From Pocillopora damicornis (taxonomy: Eukaryota), in contig NW_020847472.1 in assembly GCF_003704095.1 (NCBI RefSeq), positions 310,001 through 374,000 of the forward strand: 64,000 nucleotides of DNA, read 5' to 3'. The notes under the pieces were generated by a model. The model was given only the letters and a program-made list of their open reading frames with translations, had not been told where the DNA came from and did not search any database. Made by a program: the position numbers and the translations under genes. Numbering within the stretch: the stretch's first letter is position 1; each line of letters opens with the position of its first letter. Below, in pieces: positions 23,238 through 35,300 of this stretch.

Positions 23238-26200
23238 ATGACTTCGATATTGTGGTTGGCGTTTTTCAGTGAGTACAATTTTTACGAGACGTACAACTCC
23301 TAAGTTATAGTTACACCACTAAACACCTAGTAAATGCTTTTACTTCCTTAATTTGTCTCTTCCATCTTTATTTCCTTCAGCCGTTTCCTTTCTTTTTATT
23401 TTGCCTTTCTAAATTAATGCTTTCTGTTTCCTATCCTATCAAGGTATAATCCATTTTACTGCTGCTGGAAATATCTGTCGGACAGATTGCGAAGTTCAGT
23501 TTGTACCGAAAGGATGTTACAAAGATAATGGAGTAAGAGCTTATTCATTTTCATTTAAAAAAAATATCAAAATAAATGATTGGAAAAAGTTCAGTTGTAG
23601 CGTAGGAATTTATGAAATGCCGGAGCCAGATTTAAGAATGTGAACTAAATGTTATATGACCTGTACTAATTTAGTAAAAGTGAAGCGTGCGAAATTAAGC
23701 ACATGAGCATTCAATAGGAAAATTGTTGATTTGAAATAATAATGTTGTATTGTCATTTTTGTTTTATTCGTACCTTCTTCCACTTTTATCCCACAAATCA
23801 TTAAAGTTGCAAAGTGATACACTTGTTCTTCCTGACATGATTAAAACAAATACCTTGGTCGCTTGCAACCAGTGGAAGAAGCATTTGGCGGAATACTGCT
23901 AAACTAACTTTTCCAACAAAGTCCCTGGATTCAAAATTTCAAAGCCAATTCAGAAGCCCTTCTCACTTTCCATCCTGCTTCCTTCGCTTGAGTCCTGTTA
24001 TTCAACTGTTTGTTTGAAAAATAAACATTGAGTAAGTGGTCGGAAGGGGAAGGCGAGTATGCCAATACAGCCTGGGAACAAAACACCCAGGTTTCAAAGC
24101 ATTTTACCATTGGCTGTAAGTGTAGTTTTAAAACAATCCAATCCTCAACTGGTGAGGATTGGATCCTCAAGTGTTTAGTTTTCAGGAGGTTTCAGTCAAA
24201 TGAATTAATAAATGCAAAGCAAAATTTCTTTCAAATCTAATCAACAGAGAAATCGAGCGCTGCCTAATTACATCTACAACGAGCGGGATCCACGGGCCAA
24301 GAAAACCTATGGTGGCAGAAGAATTGATTGGTACAACTGGAATGAGTATTATCCCGGCTTTGCGTGTCGATGTGCAGAAAAAGCTAAGGCTCAAGGATAC
24401 GACCTTTTTGGTGTTCAGTTTTACGGTGAGATTTAAATTGAACTTCTTCCATTTATGATGTAATACAGCAAACCTTTAATTATTTCTTTAGTTTATCATT
24501 TGTCATTATACAGCGCTCTGTGTCGAGGAAGAGGCCGGCTCTTTAAGTTTTTTTTTATACGCTGAATCCTTACTTTTTGTCCTTAGGAGAATGTTGGGCT
24601 GGACATAGTGGAAAAAACAACTATTTAAAGTATGGCGAAGATGTGAAAGGATGTATTGAGGACAGTTTCTTGACATGCACTCCATATAGCCGTTACTGTG
24701 TGGGTAAACAGTGGCGCAATATGGTATATCAAATTGGTAAGTTTAGGTTTACTTCCTGGCCATATTTTGGAAAGACAAGAGTCAGAAGGTTGTAACCCAT
24801 GAACCGAGACCGAGCTGCACGGGAGACTCAAACAAAGACGGTGGAGAAAAAAGGTTTAAATTAAAAAGAAACTACTGGAATTTGGCAGAAAAAGTAGAAG
24901 ATTTACGCCATGTAGACTCTTCATATTTACGCGTTTTCATCACCTACGCTATGTTTGTTGAATCAAAACGAAAATCAAACCCCAAAGAGGGGCGGGGTGA
25001 CGGGTGCCTCTAGACCTCCCAGATAAGCCCTTTATTGATATCACCTCATTTATTTTGTGTTTGTTTTTTCTGATATCACAGTGGATGCTACATGCCCTAA
25101 GATCAACTTCGAAAGGGTTGGCTGCTTCGGAGATAAACACCAACCATTCGCAAGACCACTACCAGACTATCTTTTCAACGACAGGGATCCTAGCATTGAT
25201 AACTTCAGCGGAAGGAGAATCGATTGGCGAGCCTGGGATATTTATTTACCAGAATTCGCTTGTAGATGTGCCGAGGCGGCGAAGAAAGCAAATCACACTT
25301 TCTTTGGAGTGCAGTTCTACGGTAAGTGTAAGAAACCTTGCATTGGAGTTTTATTCACAGCGGTACTGGCTTATGCTGCATAGGTTGCGGTCAAAACGTT
25401 AGCGAGAAGCGTCTATGACAAACCCTCAACCTGAAATCTTACCTCAGAGGCCAAATCACATGTCCTAGTGATTTATGCGTTCATCGAGGATTATTCTTTT
25501 GACCTCATGAATTAATCTCAGCTTCCAAACTTTTAACCGTAGTCTTGACTTGACAATTCTCTATGCTTGTGCTGTTTGTGTTAAATTCGTTGTCTTTGTC
25601 TCAAAGGAGAGTGCTGGAGTGGCCTCAACAGCCATATGACCTACGACATCGATGGCCCACGACAAGGTGGCTGTATCAACCCGTGTTACCAGCCCTGTGC
25701 CCAACACAACAAGTTCTGTGCCGGAAGAAACTTTGAAAACTTTGTGTATAGAATAGGTAAGAACTTAGAGAACAAAAAAACAATGCAGTTTTGCTTCCCA
25801 TCATCATAAAGGATGTATACCAATTTATTAAGGGGGTAAGTTTCTAACGAAACTGTGGTGCTGCGTTGGTGGGAGAGTATAGCAGGAAATTTAGTGTTAA
25901 CAACTGGGTTGAAAACGTAAATTGGCTACCGTCACGGTAAAGGGTAAAAAAGCTGACGTTTCGAGCGTTAGCCCTTCGTCAGAGCGTTCGTATACCAATT
26001 TATTACCTACCGTGGTCTGGATCCCAAAGGGTAACAGAACCCTTCTAGAATTATCTTGAAATGAGCCATAAATTTTAATGCAAGCACCATCATTTTCTAA
26101 TACTTAGGAACCCCTCTGCACTTACGCGACATAGCTAAATGGTGGGAACGCGCGGTTCACAAACAGCTATTACTTTGTTTGGCGTAAAACTCATCATCTA

Positions 26201-28278
26201 AATCAACAAACCCTTTTCGAACAGATCACAATAGCATGAAAAAAAAAGGACTAAGTTTATGTCACGCTAAAATATTCGCGACAGATGAAGGAAAATGTCC
26301 TGAGGTTAAGAGGGTCCAGGAGGGCTGTTCGAAGCTGAGTTTAAAGGGCTGAGATAGAATTCTATGGTTCCTTCTGCATACTTCTCATTTACAACTGACG
26401 CATGCGTGCTAATTAAGGCGCCCAGAAGACGTTTTCGATGACCAATTTTCCTTACTTGATTGTGTACAAAAGAAGCGTTTCCGAAGTTTATGTAGCAATA
26501 AATTTGCTTATTAGTTTTCGAACCAGTTCGTTTTTTGCGGCAATGAAAACTGAAGGTTATTTCACGTGCATGATTTACCATCTGAAAGTGTCTTACAGGG
26601 ATCAAATATCTGCGCATGTACTGGTATGCTCGAAGAAAGCAGGAATTAAAAGGAGTTTTCGCCCCCAGTACTTTTAAGAATTATTTACCACCACTTACTC
26701 ACGCTTGTCATCAATTCTCCCTTTTTATTCGAGAATGATAAAATGTATTCATTCTTGTCCGTTCGTTTATCTCGCTGATTAAACTTTGCTTTGTTGGCTC
26801 TTTCGATTAAGCAACTGTTATCATGGCTTCTTTTATTATTCATAAAAATTTCAATTTACTTTCTTTATCATCTTCTAGTGGACGGTTCATGTGAAGTAGA
26901 TATCAGCCCCGTAGGTTGTTACAAAGAAGACTCTGCGATTCCCGCCATGGGAGAAATCTTTCACAACGAAGCTGCACCAGATAAGCCAAACTTTGTCGGA
27001 AATATGATCCAGTCTGTTGATAATTATGAAGCTTACTTCCCAGATTTCCTATGCAAGTGCGCCAGGAAGGCAAGAGAAAACGGCTGGGAGTATTTTGGAG
27101 TCAGAGAACTGGGTAGGGAAATAGGAAAAATATCTGATGGTTTTCTTGTTGGAGAAGTAACGATTTCGTGACTCGTCAATGCCGGCGCTACATGTTTGCG
27201 AGGGAAAGGGTTAGAGCTACTTCCGACACCAGCGTGAAATTCGCAACGTGGGATTGGAAACGATAAGCCTAGCCTTTTCGAAAACGGTGCTCGATCTCTG
27301 ATTGGCTTTCAGTGATCATTACTTCGTTTTGATTGGCCATAGTAATTATTGGTTAAGTTTTATATACCTGGATCAAATTTCTTTATTTTCCCCTGCGTTA
27401 ATTTTATTTTTTTGTAGGAATATGCGTACGAGGGAATCCCCCATCGAATTACGCCCGACACGGACCGTCCCAGCAGTGTTTTGTGGGAAATAGTTCCATA
27501 GCTTGTCCAAACGGTTCCAAATTATGCAGTGGCTTAAATTCAGAGGCTAACTACGTATACAAAGTAACCCTTCCAGGTGGGTGCAAAGTGTCCCTGGAAT
27601 TTCCATCAGTCTATGATGTTATTCTGTTCCGAGTCTGCCTCTGTAAGCTATACAAATCTTATCTACAATATTATTTCTTTAGTTTCTTTCGCGTACAGTT
27701 TTTGCTATTTTGTTGTATCAAATTACGAGATGATCGAGTCAAGTATTCGTAATTACATTATTTTGCCGTTTTAGTCACTTTGAAAACAACTCTTTCCACC
27801 TGTCTCAAGAAGATTTCCAACCTCTGATTTTCTCTATCTTCATCATAGGCAGCGAGTCTCGGTAGTTTAGATCACAGCGTGATTTTCGTCAATTTTTTAA
27901 TTTTCTTTTTAAATCTTAGCCTCCATTTCTTTAAATCTCTGCATCTGAATCTAATTTTGGTCGCTAATCTTTCAAAAATTTTCTATCTTACACTGTTAAG
28001 GCGAGAATGACAAGCTCGTCTGATATCGGATCATTTGAAGACTCGCGGGTTGGGATTGAAGTCCAAAAGAAAATTGAGCCGGCAAAATTTATTCAAAACA
28101 GAATTAAAGTCATGCATTAAGCTTTCAAAATTTTTACCCAACAGGAGAGACCCCAGTAAGAGACGTGGCTCAAGATATTCCAGATGAACGTCCTAAGGCC
28201 GTCCCACCGCCGATCTTTATGCGAAGCCAAAGGCACCCCAAAGCAAAAGCTCACCTATATGGAAAAAGGCTTTTGTGA
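23238..28278 (+). CDS. Secreted protein with three tandem WSC-like Cys-rich domains (about 454 aa)
   Basis: Exons 23238-23268, 23444-23532, 24248-24425, 24587-24736, 25082-25321, 25607-25756, 26879-27112, 27418-27576 and probable last exon 28145-28278 (alternative short end 27849-27865). Signal peptide MTSILWLAFFSIIHFTAAG. Repeat pattern GC[YF]..CxCA..FGV..G.C..C..C..C.G..N.VY, with a phase-1 intron in the Gly codon after FGVQFY/FGVREL in all three repeats. Confidence 0.82.
25831..25989 (-). mobile_element. Short Penelope-like retro-insertion (family A) with 16-bp target-site duplication
   Basis: GTATACCAATTTATTA at 25815-25830 and 25990-26005. The body is shared with the copies at about 4655-4743 and 28771-28990. 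Confidence 0.75.
25952..25985 (-). ncRNA. Minimal type I hammerhead ribozyme motif with intact core
   Basis: Minus strand reads GCU CUGACGA A GGGC-UAAC-GCUC GAAA CG UC/AGC: CUGANGA and GAAA boxes, 4-bp helix II, GCU/AGC helix I, loopless palindromic ACGU helix III and a GUC cleavage triplet. Confidence 0.75.
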
Positions 28279-28770
28279 GGCCTAAGTGTCTCAACACGCG
28301 AAACGGACCTACGGGAGCTTATCAATTGATTAAAGAATGTACGTCAAAAACAAAGACTTCGACAACGAATAGCTAGCCTTCTTTTAACTTAAAGCTGATG
28401 TAAAGGAGTTACGAGCAACAAGTTAAATGTAACGAGTAATGGGTGTATATTAAATTATAAAAATTCAGTCTTGAGCTCTTGAGCACTATCGCTTTGTAGT
28501 AACGAACTGATCTTTCGAATGGATTATTTGAGTTACTTTTTTGTCGCTTGGCGGCTTTCGCTTCTTTGGTACCAGCTAAAAGCCCCGAGATTTTAAAGAG
28601 CCATTTCCAAGATCTCTCTTTTCTCTTGAAAAATGCGCTATGAATTTTAAATTTCAATCGGTAGCTGAGCAAATTAATGCACTTGTTCATAAGTCTTGGA
28701 GAATGCTTTGAACCAGATGGCAATGGATTCAAGATGAGAGAAAATAACGTTCGACAATTTTTGCCAAAAA

Positions 28771-28990
28771 TTTGGTTTTATCAACCGAATTGATAAATGT
28801 AAACTAGCCACCGTTGAGAAATCTGAGCTGACGTGTCTAGCGTTAGCCCTTCGTCAGAGCGTAAGATAAAGGCTAACGCTCGAAGCATCAGCTTTACGGT
28901 GGCCAATTTACATTATCAACTAAGTTGATAAAACTAAATCATCTTACCACGGTGGTACCCTCCGGCGACCGAGCACCATAAACTTACCCT
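28771..28990. mobile_element. Family A Penelope-like remnant with two inverted arms and decayed hammerhead motifs
   Basis: 28771-28860 and 28870-28940 are inverted copies (ttttatcaac..ttga..gccaccg..gctgacg..cgttagcccttcgtcagagc). The GAAA box is mutated to GACA and GAAG. Confidence 0.65.
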
Positions 28991-29309
28991 CTATGTTCAA
29001 TTGTTTCAAACAACATTCTTCTAAAAGCTGGTAAAGTTTCCTTTTTTCTGAAATAACCCAACATTTCCGACCCAAATTTTAATGACGAAGCCGATTCTAC
29101 TGATTCTAGGACTAGGACAAGAAAAACTTTGACTCCTAAGAGATTGAAGGGCCTTTTAGAATTGATACACAATTTTCAGTTTACATAAAGTATCTACTAA
29201 ACGTGTTAGAAGCGCTGGCTCAAGGATATCCCTGGTATAGGAAAATTATCTAATAAAAAGCACGTATTATTAGCTTACTGGGAAGACGCGCGTACGATTA
29301 CCTTTTTAC

Positions 29310-32300
29310 ATGGAAATGAAGGAAATGCCTTTTATATCAACGCGTGCGAAATCCATGCAAAGATACACAAGTCGCCAAGATAAATATCTGACAAGACTTA
29401 AGGCGAATCCCTTTCATAAAACGAAGAATCCACAGGTAGGTTCGTAAAATTATCTTTCGAAGATTGTTCTTTTTTTTATTGATCTTTGATATTTGTGCTG
29501 GCCACTCATGGTAAGGCCTCACAGAATTGGAAGGATATTGGTAAGGATTAATGAATTATGTATCAGAAGTCGAGTCATAGACGGAAGATGATAATGATAA
29601 TAATAATAATAATAATATTAATAATAACAATTATGATAATGATACGTCATTTATTTAGCGCGATTTTTAGTCATTTCCAATTGCGCTTTTACAATGTATA
29701 TTATAATGTGAAACACTGAAAAATAATTTCATGTACAGTAATCATGTACATGTAATCACAAAAAATAAGTTTCTTTAGACTTGTAAGCCAACTCACTCTC
29801 ACCCAGGTGAAAGGTTTATATAGACCATTTTTCCTAGATGGGCACATGTCAGCTTTTCAGTTTAATGATTGGATATCACAATGAAAATCTGCCCATCAGA
29901 ATCTGCTTTTGATTAAAATGTTTTTTATTGTGATGCTTTTAAGGGAATCATTGAAATGATGACCAGTGAAAATCCATTGGCATTTGATCTGCTAAAGGAG
30001 AAGGTATTTAACTATATCCGATGATGTTTAGTATGCATTTGACTTTTAACTGGTATATAAATTTGGACTATCAGTCTTCTTTTGATCTTTGTGCATAGAA
30101 GAGAGAGAATAAAAAGTTTTGAAAATACAGGTCCTTGAAACTGGTGAATGGACTAAAGACACTGAATGTTGATGTGAAATTCTTGGCTGCAAACTTGACA
30201 GAAAACTGTACAGTTTTTCTCATCAATGCTTTAACTTTTACATGAAATGACTCTTAAAGTATGACTTAAGAGTATATCACATGTATGAGATGCTGTCTCT
30301 AAAATATGTGAAATACTTTTCATTATTTGTCATTTAAATATGTGTAACTATAATAAGCTTTCTGATTAACTTTAGTTGTATGACTCCAAATGTGACATTT
30401 GTTATTAGTTTTACAGTCACTGTGTGAAAATGTATTTCATGAAAACATGAGCAGACTGAGTTTTTTTTCAGTTAGAGGAAAAGGAATCATATAATATACT
30501 TCAAGAACATACACAATATTTTTGCTGTGAAGGATTAGAAAGGCAAGGCACCTTTTTGAATACTCAACTGACTTTTTAAGTTCAGTTTAAAGTAATTGTT
30601 CTTTCTGGTTTGACTTAAATACTTTTACTGGTAGTTTGGATAAAAAATTATATGATTATGTGGAGAAGAATGTTTCTGAAATGTTTCTGAATCTCTTGTA
30701 TAAAGTTTTAGAGAAGCAATAGCAGACTTTTTAAACCATTACATGAAACCTGTGGAGCCTATTCTTGCAGAGAATGTATGTATTACAAATTATCTCATTT
30801 TACATTTTCTTAATATGTTTTTCAAGTCAGAAAGGAAAACTAAATAAAAGCACATTAACGAACGTCGATGGTCATCTTGGTAAAGGTCACTCAGCAGACT
30901 GGCTGATTTCCACTATATTTTTGACAGTTAAACAAAGAATTATCCATTTTTTGAATATTAAAGCTGGAACAGAAATTGGGTTAACAAATTGAGAAATTTG
31001 AAAGCATGATTAAATTTATCATTGAACTCGATCAAGGCCAAATCATTTTATTGACAACAACTTAATAAAAAGAAATATCATGAAAGTTACACTTATGACA
31101 GGATTTCAATGCATATATATGTTATATAACTGTACCTATTAAGGTCACTGATTGCTTATGAAAAGACTTAGTCCCAATTTAAAGAAGATTTGTGTTATCT
31201 CTGTCTTCAGTTGATTGTTTCCAATGGATGTACACCAATACTGGATTCGTTAGGATATGTAATTGCTGATGCAGGAGGTAAGTACAACTGTGTGTGTGTG
31301 TGTGTGACTTTAACCCTCTAACTCCCAAGATCTGATTGTTAATTCTCCCCTCTCACTGCTACATATTTCCTATTAAATTGGTAACGAGAATTTGATGTTA
31401 GATCAAGATTAAACAACTACCTGATAAGTTTGAGTATTCTCATTACCTGTTTGCAAAATACTATATATGATTGGATATAATATAGGGAGAGGTTACATGT
31501 TAATCACTTCTGGGAGTTAAAGGGTTAAGAATTTTCGGAAAATAACTTTACCACAAGGAATTTACCTGTGGATCCTTATGTGCAAGATTTGAATATTGAT
31601 TGGAAATATTGTACAGGACTGTTTCTTTTAGAACACACATGTCTGGCAAAGTCTTCCATTTTAGTCCAACAAAATTTTGTTTGCAAGCAGTTATTTTTTT
31701 CTCTTTAAAAACCCAGAGGTAACCCAAAAGGAATTTTTCCAAATAATATCATTACATTTTCAAGCAGGAAGGTAATGAGAAAAAGGAAAAATATCAATAG
31801 GGAGATATTCTTTGATTTAAAATTAAACTTTCAGTTCTCAATTTTTGAGGAAAGTATATGAGCAGTGCAGAGAATTTGTATTTTCATCTTGGGAGTGAAG
31901 TGCTCTATAATGATGTATATATTTCTGGATAGCAATTAGGATTTCATGGGACATGAACCTAATACATTTTCCAATGACCAATTGTTAGTTGCAGCTTTGA
32001 CTTGTATGCTGTGTATTGTGTGTTTTTGTTTCTCTATGTCAATGCATTAGAGGGTTTGTTGATCCCTTCTCCATTTTATGGATCGTTTACACTGGATTTT
32101 CAAACAAGATCAAGGGTGATACCTTTTCCAGTTCCACTTTCCAGTGAGGTTAGTATACTCCTATATACTGAAACTGGTATACCTACATCTTATCTTTATC
32201 TTGTCTTCTAAATTTCATTTGTGGGGAATTCTAATTGCATGGCATTGATCTCTATTTTATTTGGCATAATCTCAGTTTGATTGTATGCCAATTGTAGATT

Positions 32301-35300
32301 GGTCCTGGAGAGACTCAGCCATTTGAACTTACTGTAGCAAGACTAGAATGTGCTTTGAAGAAGGCAACAGAGCAGGTATTGTCATACATACTGATCCTAA
32401 CTTTTGTGGGAGTTTTAGAGTTTTGGAAACAAGAGTGTTAACCCTTAATTTCATTTTACAATATCACCCCTGAATCACACATTAACCCTTTAACTCCCAG
32501 ATCAAATTTGTAATTCTCCTAACTGTCAACCATACATTTCTTCTAATGTTAGTTCAGAGAATTTAGTATTGGATCAACTAACCATCCCCAAATTGATATT
32601 TTTCTCGATTCTCATTCCTCATCTGTTTGATTTTGTATTGATACTGCCAGGAGAAATTATGTCTTGGTCACTCTTGGGAGCTAAAGGGTTATGGTCATAA
32701 GAATAAAGGAAATGATTGCCAACTAAAGAAGCTCTTGATTGTTAAACAAATTCTCCTAGTCATCACCCTAGGAAGTCTAGAGTGTAGTAAGGAGAATATG
32801 CATACAGATGTCAGGCTGTGAAGGGTTAACCAACTCCATATTTTGCACAGAGCCTGTTTCAGGGTGCTGCCTCATTATTAAGGAACTCTGCAAGGACAGG
32901 GAATGATGCGAAAGAGATAAACTTCACAAATAGGGAACTTTGGGCATGTTGAATTGAAATGAGTTTTCTGCTACCACCCCTGTAATACTATCCATTTAAG
33001 GATACCTTTGTTTCAAATATTTACTTTTTTCATAGGGTGTAAAAATCCGTGGTTTACTACTGTGTAACCCAAACAATCCACTGAGCACTACATATTCTGA
33101 AGAACTCTTACAAGATTGTTTAAAGTTTGCAGCAAGGTGTGAGATAGTATGGGAACATCACTGTATTTCGTTGCATGAACAGGGTTACATCAATCAATTG
33201 AATTGTGCTTACAGAAAGTTTGGTTAAAAATGCAGTGTATTACATATCATAAAGTACATTCATTCCTTACGGATTTCTCTGAAATGTCGAAAGTGAGAAG
33301 GAACAAGTGAACATAGCTTACAATTTCATATTACAGATAAAGATCCTGACTTAAAATGGATGAATATCCCATACATGTAGCTTAATTGTTTAAGATTCCT
33401 AGTTAAGCCCTGGTTGATTATTCTCAATGTGATTAAATTATTAAACTTTTCAAATATAGAAAAGAAACAAAAACAAACGTCTCGTTACTTGAGAGGATAG
33501 AACAATTTCAATACCTTTGGTTTTTACTTTACCACCCGAGAGAACTCGAGCCATTCTCTCTCAACCAATCAGACACAGACCTAAGATCAATTGTGACTTG
33601 GTTTCCCGCGTTTTCCCGCGCTTTTGGTAGTTTTCTTATTCTTACTTTGAGTTCTCATTGGCTAATTGCGATGTTTAACTTTGCTCTGATTGGAACTCCA
33701 TTGAAAACTGCTCGAACATAAGTGTTAGTCGTCTTCTTATGGTTTTTGTGCTGTCATAGGCATTCATTACATGTCATTATGGACGAAGTGTATATGTTGT
33801 GTGGATTCAAAGAAGGCTGCTCTGTAACAAATGTGCTGAGTTTAAAAAAGTAGGTCATTTTGTGATTCCTTTTGTTTAAGTTGTCTTTTGGCACTCAACG
33901 GTTTAGAATTTGAGCCATTATTTCTAAAACTTAATTCCAATCACATACCTCTTTCGTTTTTTACGTAGTGTTCCGGACAAGAAGATGATTCATGTCATAT
34001 GGGGTTTTAGTAAGGTACCGTAAAAATCACTGTGATTGTTCAAGATTAACTTTATTTTGTATGTGTTTTAGAAGAAGAATTCGACTATTTAACGCTCGTT
34101 ATTATCCAGGTCGTAGCTCTAAGTGTGAAAAAAATAAATATAACTTGCACCTTGTTTGGAAAAAAGCACACCCAATGCCAAGCGCGGGAAAAAGTTCACC
34201 CAATGCCAAGCGCGGCAAAAAGTGCAACTTATGCCAAGCGCGGGAAAAAGCTCAGCCAGTATCAAACGTGGGAAAAAGTTCGCCCAGTGCCGAACGTGGA
34301 AAGCCAAGCGCGGGAAAAAGTTCATTGAACACAAAGCGAAGGAAAATATTTACCCATAGCCAAGTACGTATGAAAGTGTTCCCGTTGAGCGCGTGAAAAA
34401 TGTGTGAACGACAAATACGATGTATTGTTAAAAATGCGGTTTCCTCAATGCGTATACTTGGTGTTTTTAACTGATAAATTCCTGGAACTGTGAATTGACG
34501 ATGGTTTAATTCCTTTTGCACTACGAACACCCCTCCTCTAACAATGTTATGTGTACATATTTTAGGATTTTGGTTTATCTGGATTTCGCTGTGGTGTTCT
34601 TCATACTTTGAACAAAGATGTTTATCAAGCGATTTCTTCAGGATATTCGAGATTCCAGGACCTACCGACTCCCACGCAGGTATTTTTGTTAGCTTTGTTA
34701 CTGAAAGAATTGTCTTGCACCCAGGTCCGGTATTTGATTGTCAGTTTAGCCATGGTGTTTTTGGCTGCAAGACTTAAGTGGTGTAGGCCTGTTTAACACG
34801 AACCTGAGTTATAACACTCGACTGACAACTCTTCTCTAGACTCTACTGATGACTTCGCTCAGGTTGACAAGACGTCAGTCACCACTACCAGTGACAGTCC
34901 TTCTCAGGACTAAACTCAAACGGGCGATCAGACTTTGCGATCAAATGTTATCGCCGGGTTCACACCATTTACTAAATTTTTTATTCATCATCTTAACATT
35001 CTGTCAAAACCTCTGTTTTTAGATTCTCTTGACAAATCTCATCAAAGACAAAGGTTGGTGTCATGTGATCACACCTGCCCCGCCTTATCTTTCATGTTTA
35101 TTTCTTTTGCATATAGTCCATCAATTTAACTGATTAGCTTAAAATAGCTGTATTTGTAATACCTTTCCGATCCACATTTAGTCTCGGCTGTACGAAAGGT
35201 AGATAGCGTTATGAACTGGATAAATTTCCATCCGGTGGATAGCGAAGTACGTTGTGTTGACACACTTCTCCGCTGGGTTATCGGTTTCACAGTTTCTTCG

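Noticed and set aside
33992-34396. ORFs 33992-34396, 34125-34328, 34156-34359 and 34119-34334 with repeating peptides
   Set aside because: Translations of the intronic 29-bp tandem repeat in several frames.
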